Positions 47,318 to 57,445 of a DNA stretch of 64,000 nucleotides are shown piece after piece. The stretch's first letter is position 1. Every line of letters begins with the position of its first letter. The position numbers were made by a program, and so were the translations under genes. The notes under the pieces were generated by a model. The model was not told the origin of the DNA. It was given only the letters and a program-made list of their open reading frames with translations, and did not search any database. Source of the DNA: a virus (Duplodnaviria > Caudoviricetes); the IMG/VR virus record IMGVR_UViG_3300037851_000671, positions 1 to 64,000 of that record, one strand, 5' to 3'.

Positions 47318-48433
47318 ATGTCACAGGATAACCTAATCCGAAAAGAAGACATACTCGATTCTGATTTCCACGATGCCTATGAACTTGGTTCTGATGGGTA
47401 TAGTGTCTATTTCTATGCTGCTAATGTAATATCCACAACAGCTATTACAAAAACAGTAGTAGTATCGGGTATCAATCATTCTGTCCGCGATAACAACGTG
47501 CAGGCAGAGGATAGGGTTTACCTTTATGGAACGTCTGGAGCTGATGGGTATTACACCATTGCTTCAATTATCAATGACACTTCTTTTACAGTCGCAGGAG
47601 AGATACCAAACTCATCTGGCGGATACTGTAACTACATCTATAGATCTGGTTCTTTAAATATTGGGTTTGATCCAACCAATACAAATAACATTACGGCCCA
47701 TAACGTTCAAGAAGCTATTGAGCAGTTGGATCAGGTTGTTACAGCAAACCCAACAGGTCTTGATGGATACAAGCATGCTGAGCTTAGACAGCTGATTCAT
47801 CTTGCTGATGGTGTTGGTGGTCCTTTTGAAGGGTTTACTACAGGTGCGTACAGGGAATACACCGGTTCAATGATATTCCCAACAAAGGTAACTTGGTATA
47901 CAAACCCAACTAAAACCAAGAAAATTGTAGAAAAACAGATAACCTACAATTCAAACCTTGCACCTACTCTAATCATTTGGAATGTGTATTTCAATGATGG
48001 TGTAAACGTTGCAGCTACCGCAACTGATACAATCACAAACTCTGGCCCATTTGAGGTATCTAGAGTTCGTACTATTGTTGACTACAGCGTTGCAAGCGGC
48101 GATCTGACATCTGAGACTCACAAGAGTTTGAGACAATTGATACACCTAGCAGAGGGTGTTGGCGGTCCATTTGAGACGTTCCCAAGCGGTGTTTACAGAG
48201 AGCTGAATCCAGTTGGACCATTCCCGACATCTGTCATTTGGTACATAGATTCCAGCAAACTGCAAAAGATTGTTGAAAAAACTGTCGTGTATAATTCCAA
48301 AAGTGTACCAACACAGATTACATGGAAAGTTTACGACACAAATGGCATTACAATTATGGCCACAGCAATTGACACAATAACATACTATCCTGGTACAGTG
48401 TTTGAGATGTCAAGGTCAAGGAACATCCTTTGA
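47318..48433 (+). CDS. Structural protein with an internally duplicated ~100-aa domain
   Basis: 2x HxxLRQLIHLA(D/E)GVGGPFE...KIVEK...ATA(T/I)DTIT..FE(V/M)SR. Confidence 0.75.
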   Translation: MSQDNLIRKEDILDSDFHDAYELGSDGYSVYFYAANVISTTAITKTVVVSGINHSVRDNNVQAEDRVYLYGTSGADGYYTIASIINDTSFTVAGEIPNSSGGYCNYIYRSGSLNIGFDPTNTNNITAHNVQEAIEQLDQVVTANPTGLDGYKHAELRQLIHLADGVGGPFEGFTTGAYREYTGSMIFPTKVTWYTNPTKTKKIVEKQITYNSNLAPTLIIWNVYFNDGVNVAATATDTITNSGPFEVSRVRTIVDYSVASGDLTSETHKSLRQLIHLAEGVGGPFETFPSGVYRELNPVGPFPTSVIWYIDSSKLQKIVEKTVVYNSKSVPTQITWKVYDTNGITIMATAIDTITYYPGTVFEMSRSRNIL

Positions 48434-48476
48434 GCTATGAATAGTAGGGCATACGAATAGCCATTAAAGGAGAAGG

Positions 48477-49541
48477 ATGTCATCAGAATCGCCAGCATCA
48501 ATTTTGTTTTCATCAGATGGATATGAATTAGCAGCGGTTACCGCTACAGCTATCCCTACTGGCACTCGTGGTCTTCTGGCAATGGGTTCTGATGGTACCA
48601 ATGCCAGGTTCATCAACGTTGACAGCTCTGCAAGGGTGATTACGGCCGGTGCTGGTGTTGCTGGTACTCCTGCCGGTGGCGTACTTAGCATTCAGGGTGT
48701 GGCTGGCGGTACGGCAATTCCTGTTTCGGGTAGCATTACAGCAAACAACGCCTCTGTATCTGCGACAGGATCTGCTCCTCCGGCATCTGCTACTTATATT
48801 GGTGGTAGCGTAACAACAGCCGCCCCCACATACACAACCGGACAGATGAATGCGCTTTCTCTGACAACAGCGGGAGCCTTGAGAGTTGATGGCTCTGGAG
48901 CCACTCAGCCAGTATCTGGTAGCGTAACAGTGAGCGGAACAGTTACTGCTAATCAGGGCACAGCCGCTGCAACAGCTAGTGCATGGCCAATAAAACTTAC
49001 TGACGCTACCAACACAGCCTCTTTGCTGAATACCACACCAGCCGGAACAGAATATGGTTTGGTTGTTAGGAATATTCCATCTGGCACACAGACAATATCA
49101 GGAACCGTTACGGCGAACGCTGGAACTGGTAACTTCACAGTTGTCCAAAACACAGCCGCAAACCTGAATGCTGCTGTTGTTGGTACTGGTGTGGCTGGTA
49201 CTCCTGCTGGTGGTGTGCTCACTGTCCAAGGTGCGTCTGGTGCAACCGCCCTTCCTGTTACAAATCAAAAAGCTGCAACATCGTCACTTTCAAACGTGCC
49301 TGGTTCGGCCACTAGCGTGACGTTGTTGGCTGCAAATGCAAATAGGCTTGGCGCTACAATATACAACGATTCAAGTTCTACGCTATATGTAAAATACGGA
49401 ACAACAGCATCAAACTCAAGTTTTACTATTAGACTGCTAGCGCAAGCATATCACGAGGTTGTATTTGATTACATCGGAAGGATTGATGGTATTTGGAATG
49501 CCTCTACTGGAAATGCTAGAATCACAGAACTAACAGCTTAA
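48477..49541 (+). CDS. Surface fibre/decoration protein (short paralog of 49574)
   Basis: Shared N-terminus MSxESPAS.LF, block GVAGTPAGGVLSIQGVAGGTAIPVSG, and C-terminal SVTLLA.N.NRL...ND...AR(I/V)TE.T domain. Confidence 0.7.
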   Translation: MSSESPASILFSSDGYELAAVTATAIPTGTRGLLAMGSDGTNARFINVDSSARVITAGAGVAGTPAGGVLSIQGVAGGTAIPVSGSITANNASVSATGSAPPASATYIGGSVTTAAPTYTTGQMNALSLTTAGALRVDGSGATQPVSGSVTVSGTVTANQGTAAATASAWPIKLTDATNTASLLNTTPAGTEYGLVVRNIPSGTQTISGTVTANAGTGNFTVVQNTAANLNAAVVGTGVAGTPAGGVLTVQGASGATALPVTNQKAATSSLSNVPGSATSVTLLAANANRLGATIYNDSSSTLYVKYGTTASNSSFTIRLLAQAYHEVVFDYIGRIDGIWNASTGNARITELTA

Positions 49542-49573
49542 TTGTGGGTATATTCTAGGGCAAAGGAAATGTA

Positions 49574-52500
49574 ATGAGCGGAGAATCACCAGCATCAACA
49601 CTATTTAATGCAGCTGGAGTAGAGCTTGCAGTAACTACCGGATCATCAATTCCAGTTGGTACACCTGCCTTATTGCTGGCCGGAGAAGATAGCACTGGAA
49701 ATGCTCAGAGACTTACGGTTGATGGTTATGGTAGGCAAATAATCGTAAGCGATCCTGACAGTCCAATATCCATTAGCGGAAGCATTACTGCCACAAATCC
49801 ATCTGTTGGCGTGTTGGGAGGAACTCCACCATTATCGGCCACACAAATTGGTGGACCAAATAATGATGGGGTGTTCAACGTATTGGAGGTTACCAGACAA
49901 GGTCACATGCCGGTTGCTGCACAAGCTTTGAACGGGTATGCCGGAGAGGTTACCCAGTGGCCGGTAGACAATCAGATTAGAAAGTCACTGACGGCCGATG
50001 ACTTTGGTGGATTATACACACGTGGTCAGGTAATGACCGATGAAGGGTCTTTTACTGATGTTTTTTCCACGCTTGAAACGTCGTTGACGGGAACAGTATC
50101 TTTCGAGAACAATTCTGTAAACGTTGTTGGTGTTGGAACCGCATTTTTGTCAGAGATAAACTACTATAGCTTGGTAAAAAAAGCAACTGACGCCGATTCT
50201 CTGCTGGTAGAGGTTGAAGCAGTGTTGAGCGACACTGAGCTTCGGCTGTCTTCGCCATACCAAGGAACCACTGCTTCGGGTGTCAGCGCTGTTGAGACGC
50301 ATTGGTATAAGCAGACTGCGTCCGGCGGTACCATAACGATATCCAGCAATACGTGTGTTCTGACAGTGCTGCAAGACAGCGCACAAGCGGCTGGCATTGA
50401 GACAATCGGTGACTACGTACCATTTCTTGGCACGATACGCGCACAGTTGAGTGCGCGTGCTACCAATCAGACGACTTGGATTGGTTACGCTGATACGTTA
50501 TGGAATGGGGTAACAGGCGCACACGCTTGTTTCTTGTTTGATGGTACGACCAACACAACGGTGAAATGCAGCTCTGGTACTGGTCGCACTACCAATACGT
50601 ACCAGGAAACGACGGTTACGATTCCTGGCGGTTTAAACAGTTCGTCACCTCAAAATTACCGAATCGTGCCTTGGCAAGGCCAGGTCGCGTTTTTCATCAA
50701 CGGCAACCAGGTAGCGGTTCACGACCAGTACGTTATCCCTCCATATGTTGACGTGCGCTTCGGTATTTATACAGTGAACACTAGCACTGCCACAGACCTT
50801 ACGGTTACTCTGTATGGCACGGTTTACGAAAGCATCGACAGGTTTGATGTACGTGTGTATAACACTAACGCAGATCTGCTACAGGCGACGGTTAGTGGTA
50901 AGACGACAACAGGTCTGACAGTCCCTCTTCAGGTGAGTACGGCCGGTATTGCAGTAGTATCAGGCGCTGTAACACTATCTGGTACATCGAATACAGTTCG
51001 TGGCAACGTCACACAATACACAGCTGATGGTACGGCGGCTGTTGCAAACTCGTTGCCGGTAATTGCGCAGATGTTGGCAACCAAAGCCGGCGCTAATACT
51101 CTTGACCGTTTGTGGGCTGGTCCGACGAATGCTGATGGTGAGGCTGTAGAAACAGTCGGTGCGCTTCTTGTGAAGGACAGGTTGTACGGATTCAATGGTA
51201 CAACCTGGGACCGTTTACGCTCTACTACTGCAAACGGTTTGGCTGTTGATGTAAGTCGTGTTCAGGGGACTGTCACTGTTGGCGGTATCAATGCTGCTGG
51301 TGGAGGTATAACTGGAAATCCTTTGCGTATCGGTGGCAGTGATGGTTCAAATACCAGAGATATCCAAACAGACACTGCTGGAAATCTGGAGATAGTGGGT
51401 ACCGGTGTTGCTGGTACTCCCGCTGGCGGAGTGCTCAGTATTCAGGGCGTTGCTGGCGGTACGGCAATCCCTGTAAGTGGCACTGTAACCGCAGCAAATG
51501 CATCTGTTTCAACCACAGGATCAGCTCCTCCAGCATCAGCAACGTATGTTGGTGCAAAAGTAGGTACAACAGAGCCATCATATACAAACGGTAATATGGA
51601 GGCACCATCGCTTACCACAGCTGGGCGTCTTCGTGTTGATTCTCAGTTCCTGAATGTTGTAGACTCTGGAAACTCCACTACAACTCCGCTTGGTGCCAAT
51701 GCTACGTTCACAGGAACTGCGGTAGATCTCCTGGCATATGCCAGTATTACATACTCAGTATTTACAGATCAGGATAGCGCTGCAAATGGCGTTGTATGTC
51801 AGTTCAGTCCTGACAATGTAAACTGGGATGATCGTATAATAAATACCAAAACCGCAGACGGAACTGTCAGCGATTTTTCGGCGCGTTCACATGACCGATA
51901 TTTCCGTATCAAGTACACTAACGGAGCCACACCACAGACCACTTTCAGATTTCAGACGATTCTGAAGCGATACATGCCAGCTGGTGATACTACTGGTGTG
52001 GATCATCCGCCACACTCTGGTGATGATGCTCTTCTGGTAAAAGCCGTAATGTCTGGTAAGTCTACGGTTGGTGGTGTTACGTATGTTGATGTTAAAGTAA
52101 ACCCATCTGGAACAATCCAGATTGGTGGTGGTGATACGCCAGCAGAAGGACATGCAAATCCAACAGACGCACAGCTTTCAACCGCTTTTAATATGGGTTG
52201 GAATGGTTCTACATGGGACCGTATTCAGGCGCATGGCAACGACATAGATAGTGATACCGTTGAGACAACCGGCTCTCTTGCTGTGTGCTCTCACAACATG
52301 ATGTTCAACGGCACTTCTTGGGATCGTATACGTGGAACCATAGCCAATGGGCAGCTCGTTGATGTGTCCAGGGTGCAGGGCAGCGTAGCTGTTACTGGTA
52401 CGTTCTGGCAGGCAACACAACCTGTTTCTGGCACTATAACGGCAGCTCAGGCAACTGCGGCAAATCTTAATGCAACTGTAGTTCAAGGTAATGCAGGAAC

Positions 52501-52918
52501 TGCGGCTCAAGGATGGTTTGCCAAGGTCACAGACGGAACGAATACAGCAGCTGTCAAAGCGGCTTCTACTGCGGCAGTTGCTTCAGATCCTGCTTTGGTA
52601 GTGGCTATATCTCCTAACAACTCACTTACCGTAAAAGAACCAAGACCAAGCTCTGCATCACAAGCAAACGTAGCAATCAGTGCCACAAGCGTAACACTAT
52701 TGGCATCTAATACAAACAGGCTTCGTTACTCTGTTATAAATGACACAAACAAACAAGCATATGTATCTCACAGTGGAGCGGCCAGCACAACAAATTACAA
52801 ATACACATTGCAACCTGGTGAATATTACGAAGATCCGTTTCCTTGTTTTACCGGTGCTGTAACAATAATCTGGTCAGGTTCTGGTACTGGTTCCGCTAGG
52901 GTAACCGAGGAGACATAA
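49574..52918 (+). CDS. Long surface fibre/decoration protein
   Basis: Same termini as 48477; repeated FNG(T/S)(T/S)WDR(L/I) motifs; inserted lectin-like beta domain. Confidence 0.7.
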   Translation: MSGESPASTLFNAAGVELAVTTGSSIPVGTPALLLAGEDSTGNAQRLTVDGYGRQIIVSDPDSPISISGSITATNPSVGVLGGTPPLSATQIGGPNNDGVFNVLEVTRQGHMPVAAQALNGYAGEVTQWPVDNQIRKSLTADDFGGLYTRGQVMTDEGSFTDVFSTLETSLTGTVSFENNSVNVVGVGTAFLSEINYYSLVKKATDADSLLVEVEAVLSDTELRLSSPYQGTTASGVSAVETHWYKQTASGGTITISSNTCVLTVLQDSAQAAGIETIGDYVPFLGTIRAQLSARATNQTTWIGYADTLWNGVTGAHACFLFDGTTNTTVKCSSGTGRTTNTYQETTVTIPGGLNSSSPQNYRIVPWQGQVAFFINGNQVAVHDQYVIPPYVDVRFGIYTVNTSTATDLTVTLYGTVYESIDRFDVRVYNTNADLLQATVSGKTTTGLTVPLQVSTAGIAVVSGAVTLSGTSNTVRGNVTQYTADGTAAVANSLPVIAQMLATKAGANTLDRLWAGPTNADGEAVETVGALLVKDRLYGFNGTTWDRLRSTTANGLAVDVSRVQGTVTVGGINAAGGGITGNPLRIGGSDGSNTRDIQTDTAGNLEIVGTGVAGTPAGGVLSIQGVAGGTAIPVSGTVTAANASVSTTGSAPPASATYVGAKVGTTEPSYTNGNMEAPSLTTAGRLRVDSQFLNVVDSGNSTTTPLGANATFTGTAVDLLAYASITYSVFTDQDSAANGVVCQFSPDNVNWDDRIINTKTADGTVSDFSARSHDRYFRIKYTNGATPQTTFRFQTILKRYMPAGDTTGVDHPPHSGDDALLVKAVMSGKSTVGGVTYVDVKVNPSGTIQIGGGDTPAEGHANPTDAQLSTAFNMGWNGSTWDRIQAHGNDIDSDTVETTGSLAVCSHNMMFNGTSWDRIRGTIANGQLVDVSRVQGSVAVTGTFWQATQPVSGTITAAQATAANLNATVVQGNAGTAAQGWFAKVTDGTNTAAVKAASTAAVASDPALVVAISPNNSLTVKEPRPSSASQANVAISATSVTLLASNTNRLRYSVINDTNKQAYVSHSGAASTTNYKYTLQPGEYYEDPFPCFTGAVTIIWSGSGTGSARVTEET

Positions 52919-55041
52919 TGCCAATTTATTCTCAACCAACAGCAAAGTCAGTAACCACCTTAACAAAAGAACCAAGTGGCTGGGCTGATAGAACCACCGC
53001 TACGATAAGCCGGGTGAATGGAACGCTTACATTTAGCGTAGCCCCTGTAAGCGGCTCTTTCACAATTTACATCAAAGGCATACCATATACATATACATCA
53101 ACACAAAACGTTACTTGGACAGACACTGAAGGAACATGGTTTTTCTATTTTGATACTAGCGGTGTTTTGACATCAACACAAGATGCAAATGTATGGACCA
53201 CTGCGTTGCTTGGTGATGGGGTGTTGGTAGCATCATTGTATTGGGATGCAACAAATAATGTCAGTTTTATATTCTCAGAAGAACGTCACGGTTTTATGGA
53301 ACCAAATACGCATTTGGAATTCCACAATGCATTTGGAACTCAATGGGTATCTGGCGGTCTTATATCTCCAACAACCGTTTCTGGTACTGGTGGAAATGCT
53401 TCTGATGCTCAGCTTGGCGTCAGTACGGTTACCATTTACGATGAAGACATAAGGTTGACATGGTCTAACGGATCTCCGCAAACCATGAATAATCCAGCCG
53501 CTATACCGGTATACTACAAATCTGGAGCCAGTGGATATTGGAGAAAGAAAACAGCAGATAGTTGGCCATTTATTTACTCTGGTACTGCCGGTTATACTGG
53601 AGCGAATGGACGTATTCCATATAACCAGAACAATGCTGGAACATGGTCACTTACACAAATTGCTCAAAGCAACTATGTTTTGATACATCTGTATGCTACA
53701 AATGATATTGTTGAACCGATAATAGCCATACAAGGACAAACAGAGTATACCAGTCTAGCATTGGCCCAGTCAGGAGCCACTACAGAGTTGTTGAGTATTT
53801 CAACTACCGTAAAAGGATTGAGTATTGAAATAACACCTCTTGGTTCTTTGGTGTTACAATCAAACAGCGGTTATACAAATACACCAAAAGCAAGATTTCA
53901 ACCAGCTACAGCGGCCGGTGCTTCGTATATTGATTTTCGTGGCAATACTTTTAGAAGCGGTATGGGTAGTGGTGTTACAATTCATAGTCAATTGACCGGT
54001 TTAACAGCTCCAGCAGATGACCATACACAATACCCATTATCAGCTGGTCGTGCTGGTGGTCAGACATTGATTGGTGGAACCGCAGCAAGCGAGAATCTTA
54101 CATTACAAAGCACTGCAAATGCTACCAGGGGAAATATACTGTCATTGGACAGTTTATTTCTAAGCACTAATGGTAGTACAATATCTCCTGACGCTCCAAG
54201 GACTATAGGTTTCGATAACCTATCTTCTGGTGAAGCTGGACGAATCCAATTCGGAGATACTAACAACGCATGGCAAAATGGTTATGACCAGTTGATGCAG
54301 ATGTATGCATATTGGCAAATACAGATATATGGCCGAAGAACGGGCACAGCCGTACCATGGACATCATATGGATCTGCTCCAAGCACTGCTAGTTTACAAG
54401 TCATAAACACTGATGTCAATGCAGTGGCAATCGAAATAAAGGGAGCATCATCACAGGCCGCCAACCTTCAAAACTGGGTAAACTCATCTGGAACGGCTCT
54501 GGCAAGAGTTGATGCTTCTGGAAATATCTCTTTCAACTCAACACAGACAGTAGACGGCGTTGATGTTTCTGCGATCTATGCAGCTAGCAGCCCTTTGCAA
54601 ACCTATTCATTAGCCTTGAGTGACGCACAGGTAAATGTGTATGGTACAACTTCAACGTTCTATGGAATTGTAATTCCAGCCTACACAGTTAGCATAAAAA
54701 CCATTCAAGCATACGTATACCAATCTGCATCTGGCAACATCCAGTGTGGTTTATACAATGCCGCTACTGGAGCTAGAATTGCTACAACAGACTCGGTTTC
54801 GTCTAGTACGACCGGTATTAAAACAATGACATTCGCAACGGCACAATCCCTAACTAAAGGAACAGCCTATTATTTGGCTATATCTTGTACCGCTAACGGC
54901 TCTACGTTTGCCGGTAAAACAGTAGGTACCTGGAACACAACGCCAAGGCCATCTGCTTACGAAAACAACAACAGATTGCCGGCAACGCTTACATCAAACT
55001 CATCAACAAGTTTGGTTTGGATGGCAGCATTCACCGCATAA
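52918..55041 (+). CDS. Fibre protein sharing a ~340-aa module with 36524
   Basis: EPSGW.DRT..., EG.WFFY.D, WD.TN...EERHG...H...GTQW.SGG, GYTGANGRI.YN in both proteins. Confidence 0.75.
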   Translation: MPIYSQPTAKSVTTLTKEPSGWADRTTATISRVNGTLTFSVAPVSGSFTIYIKGIPYTYTSTQNVTWTDTEGTWFFYFDTSGVLTSTQDANVWTTALLGDGVLVASLYWDATNNVSFIFSEERHGFMEPNTHLEFHNAFGTQWVSGGLISPTTVSGTGGNASDAQLGVSTVTIYDEDIRLTWSNGSPQTMNNPAAIPVYYKSGASGYWRKKTADSWPFIYSGTAGYTGANGRIPYNQNNAGTWSLTQIAQSNYVLIHLYATNDIVEPIIAIQGQTEYTSLALAQSGATTELLSISTTVKGLSIEITPLGSLVLQSNSGYTNTPKARFQPATAAGASYIDFRGNTFRSGMGSGVTIHSQLTGLTAPADDHTQYPLSAGRAGGQTLIGGTAASENLTLQSTANATRGNILSLDSLFLSTNGSTISPDAPRTIGFDNLSSGEAGRIQFGDTNNAWQNGYDQLMQMYAYWQIQIYGRRTGTAVPWTSYGSAPSTASLQVINTDVNAVAIEIKGASSQAANLQNWVNSSGTALARVDASGNISFNSTQTVDGVDVSAIYAASSPLQTYSLALSDAQVNVYGTTSTFYGIVIPAYTVSIKTIQAYVYQSASGNIQCGLYNAATGARIATTDSVSSSTTGIKTMTFATAQSLTKGTAYYLAISCTANGSTFAGKTVGTWNTTPRPSAYENNNRLPATLTSNSSTSLVWMAAFTA

Positions 55042-55054
55042 GGAGATAACAATC

Positions 55055-55684
55055 ATGGTAACTAAGTCAGTTTTGTCTTTTGAAATTTCAGAAATAGCCG
55101 GTAAAGGCGTCAACATACCAGTTCTTACCCGTGAGCTTGAGGATGCCGGCTTGGTTGGAGGGATTGTAAGCAGGGACATAACATCTGTGTATGTTGAATT
55201 TGCAACATTGCTTACACCAGAACAGGAAACAACATGCAATACTACGGTACTTGCACACCAAGCATTACCCTTCAATGCAACAGATCAGGACGCAAACGAT
55301 CCAACCGAAAAAACCATTATAGCTGGAGCTGATTGGGTTGATGTTGGAGAATTTGATACTGGTCCTTTGCCAGCAGGAAAATACGCCACACAATGGTCTT
55401 CTGAAACAATGATAAATACAGAGGCTATTGGAAATAGAATTGAGGTTCATTTGTTGATGTGGTATCCTGTTCCAAATCCAGGTGGTGGTTATATCATGAT
55501 GTGGGTAGAGGTAAGTAATGAAGCTCACAATCTCCCAGCATGGCAGAAATATCAAGATGGAGCTTGGATTAGTAGACGTGCCGGAGAATCATTCAAGTAC
55601 AAGATACAGGCACGCTCTATTGGTTGCGATGGTATTGTTCGCCGCGTTAGATTTGGATTAGCACCATTGAGCATTCATAACTAA
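55055..55684 (+). CDS. Hypothetical virion protein
   Basis: 209-aa ORF with RBS AAGGAG; beta-rich C-terminus. Confidence 0.65.
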   Translation: MVTKSVLSFEISEIAGKGVNIPVLTRELEDAGLVGGIVSRDITSVYVEFATLLTPEQETTCNTTVLAHQALPFNATDQDANDPTEKTIIAGADWVDVGEFDTGPLPAGKYATQWSSETMINTEAIGNRIEVHLLMWYPVPNPGGGYIMMWVEVSNEAHNLPAWQKYQDGAWISRRAGESFKYKIQARSIGCDGIVRRVRFGLAPLSIHN

Positions 55685-55732
55685 ACTGCACTGTTTTGAT
55701 GAATAACCAGGCATTGCTATGAGAGGTAAAAT

Positions 55733-56050
55733 ATGGGCGTAACACCAAAAATCATGCAAGGAAAAGATTACAATTTTTTCCAAAGAGTAACCATCAACAG
55801 CAATACGTTTGCACAAATTTCTGATATCACCATACCATTCAGAAACAGCAATATGGGTTTCTCTATGATATTTGAGGGAAGTGGAATTATTGAATACTCT
55901 TTCAATGGCAACACTGTTCATGGTGATATGGACAGTACGGCGCTGACAAAGGGCCTGGTATTCGACAACAGAAAAATCAGTGCTGTGTGGTTCCGGTTGA
56001 AGACGGCCGGTGCTGGTGTAACCCTTAGATTCGAAGCATGGGCGGTGTAA
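55733..56050 (+). CDS. Small beta-sandwich virion protein
   Basis: IEYSFNGNTVHGD...VWFR; RBS GAGG. Confidence 0.65.
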   Translation: MGVTPKIMQGKDYNFFQRVTINSNTFAQISDITIPFRNSNMGFSMIFEGSGIIEYSFNGNTVHGDMDSTALTKGLVFDNRKISAVWFRLKTAGAGVTLRFEAWAV

Positions 56051-56051
56051 T

Positions 56052-57245
56052 ATGTCAGGATTTCTAGGAGGAGGCGGTTCTGGTGGTGGAGGCGGTGGGT
56101 CTGATGGCTACGCTGCCACTGGTACATTTATCTATCGTGAAGGTGAACCATCCCCTTCAGGAAATGTGTATTCATCTTGGGCCGCTGCCTATGCTGCCAG
56201 AACGGCATTCAAAGGAAGCGCAATCATAGAGATTGATAGTCGTTTTGGATCGCCAACAATCCCTGCTGGTGTTTATGACATGTCAGTTACAAAACTGACA
56301 GGTTCATATTTTAACGATCCTGTATATGTTGCGCCAAGAGTTGATGTTTATGGACAGTTCACAAACCTATCACATATTGAACATATTAGTCTTTACATTC
56401 ACTCTGATGGAGCTATGATAAAAACTCAACCATCAGAGTTTGTTATGCTGCAAATGTTTGATACTAATATAGTAAACCATAATGGTGGTTTGCTTAACCT
56501 TGTAAATTCACAGTGTTTCATTAACTTGTGGCACATAAGTGGTTTTCACGTTTCTGCTGGTGGACCAAACATCAACGTTGATAGTACATCAGGTGTGGTG
56601 ATGGGTATTGGCTTGTTTGGCGGTTTTGACGATTATACCTTTGGAGGTGCTGGAAGTGCATATGTTTATGTAGACAGAACCTCATACCACCAAAATACAC
56701 AACCAATTGCCGATTTAATCTTGGTAATAGCCGAAGCATGGTCTGAACAAATCACGGTATCATATGCTGGCGCACAGTTGCCGGCTGCCGGGGTAACTCG
56801 TCATGCTGATGTATCTGGCGGTGCTGCTCTTAATGTAACTTCAGGATGGACAGAAAAATACCCATATCGTGGTTTGACTATAGCTCGTCAGGCTGGTGGC
56901 CCGGCAAACGTTACATACACCGTAACATTCACGGCTCCAAATGGTAAGGAAGTAACTGAAGATGTAACGGTAGCGGCTGGAGGTTCTGCTCAAACAAACA
57001 ACGCCGGTCCAATTGCTAAGGTTACGACATCAGTTGATCCTGTTGGTACAACGAGTTTTACTACAGGTAATTCGTTTTTTGCTGGAGGAAGCGTACGCTC
57101 TGTAGCGCATCTATTTGCTGATGGTAATGAGATTTTGTACACATTCTATCCAGATACATCAGCCATACTTCCAACCGGAACAGTTCCAAACGGAACCGTT
57201 GCGTTCTCTGCAATAGTACACACGCTTCCAGTATTTACAGCATAA
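56052..57245 (+). CDS. Fibre-like/beta-helix-like protein
   Basis: Gly-rich N-terminus; GNVYSSW...IEID..F.SPTIPAGVYD. Confidence 0.55.
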   Translation: MSGFLGGGGSGGGGGGSDGYAATGTFIYREGEPSPSGNVYSSWAAAYAARTAFKGSAIIEIDSRFGSPTIPAGVYDMSVTKLTGSYFNDPVYVAPRVDVYGQFTNLSHIEHISLYIHSDGAMIKTQPSEFVMLQMFDTNIVNHNGGLLNLVNSQCFINLWHISGFHVSAGGPNINVDSTSGVVMGIGLFGGFDDYTFGGAGSAYVYVDRTSYHQNTQPIADLILVIAEAWSEQITVSYAGAQLPAAGVTRHADVSGGAALNVTSGWTEKYPYRGLTIARQAGGPANVTYTVTFTAPNGKEVTEDVTVAAGGSAQTNNAGPIAKVTTSVDPVGTTSFTTGNSFFAGGSVRSVAHLFADGNEILYTFYPDTSAILPTGTVPNGTVAFSAIVHTLPVFTA

Positions 57246-57256
57246 TCAGGATAATT

Positions 57257-57430
57257 ATGATAATACGAAAAAAAGACGGATCTGAGGTGGAATCCGCAGA
57301 AAGCATTTCTGTTGGTGATATTATCGAAATCAAAACACCAAATGGTTTCAGGAAAGGTATGGTGGTTAGCAGGGTTACCAAAACCAAAGAACAAATAGAA
57401 AAAGAACTTGCAGAGATACCAAAGAGATAA
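57257..57430 (+). CDS. 57-aa hypothetical protein (below the ORF-track cutoff)
   Basis: Manually translated MIIRKKDGSEVESAESISVGDIIEIKTPNGFRKGMVVSRV...; RBS CAGGA; small SH3/KOW-like beta pattern. Confidence 0.6.
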   Translation: MIIRKKDGSEVESAESISVGDIIEIKTPNGFRKGMVVSRVTKTKEQIEKELAEIPKR

Positions 57431-57445
57431 GTTATATCCCTTTAC

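Noticed and set aside
36524-57245. Diversity-generating retroelement acting on fibre tips
   Set aside because: No reverse transcriptase, and no near-identical TR/VR pair differing at adenines; the repeats differ mainly at synonymous positions.
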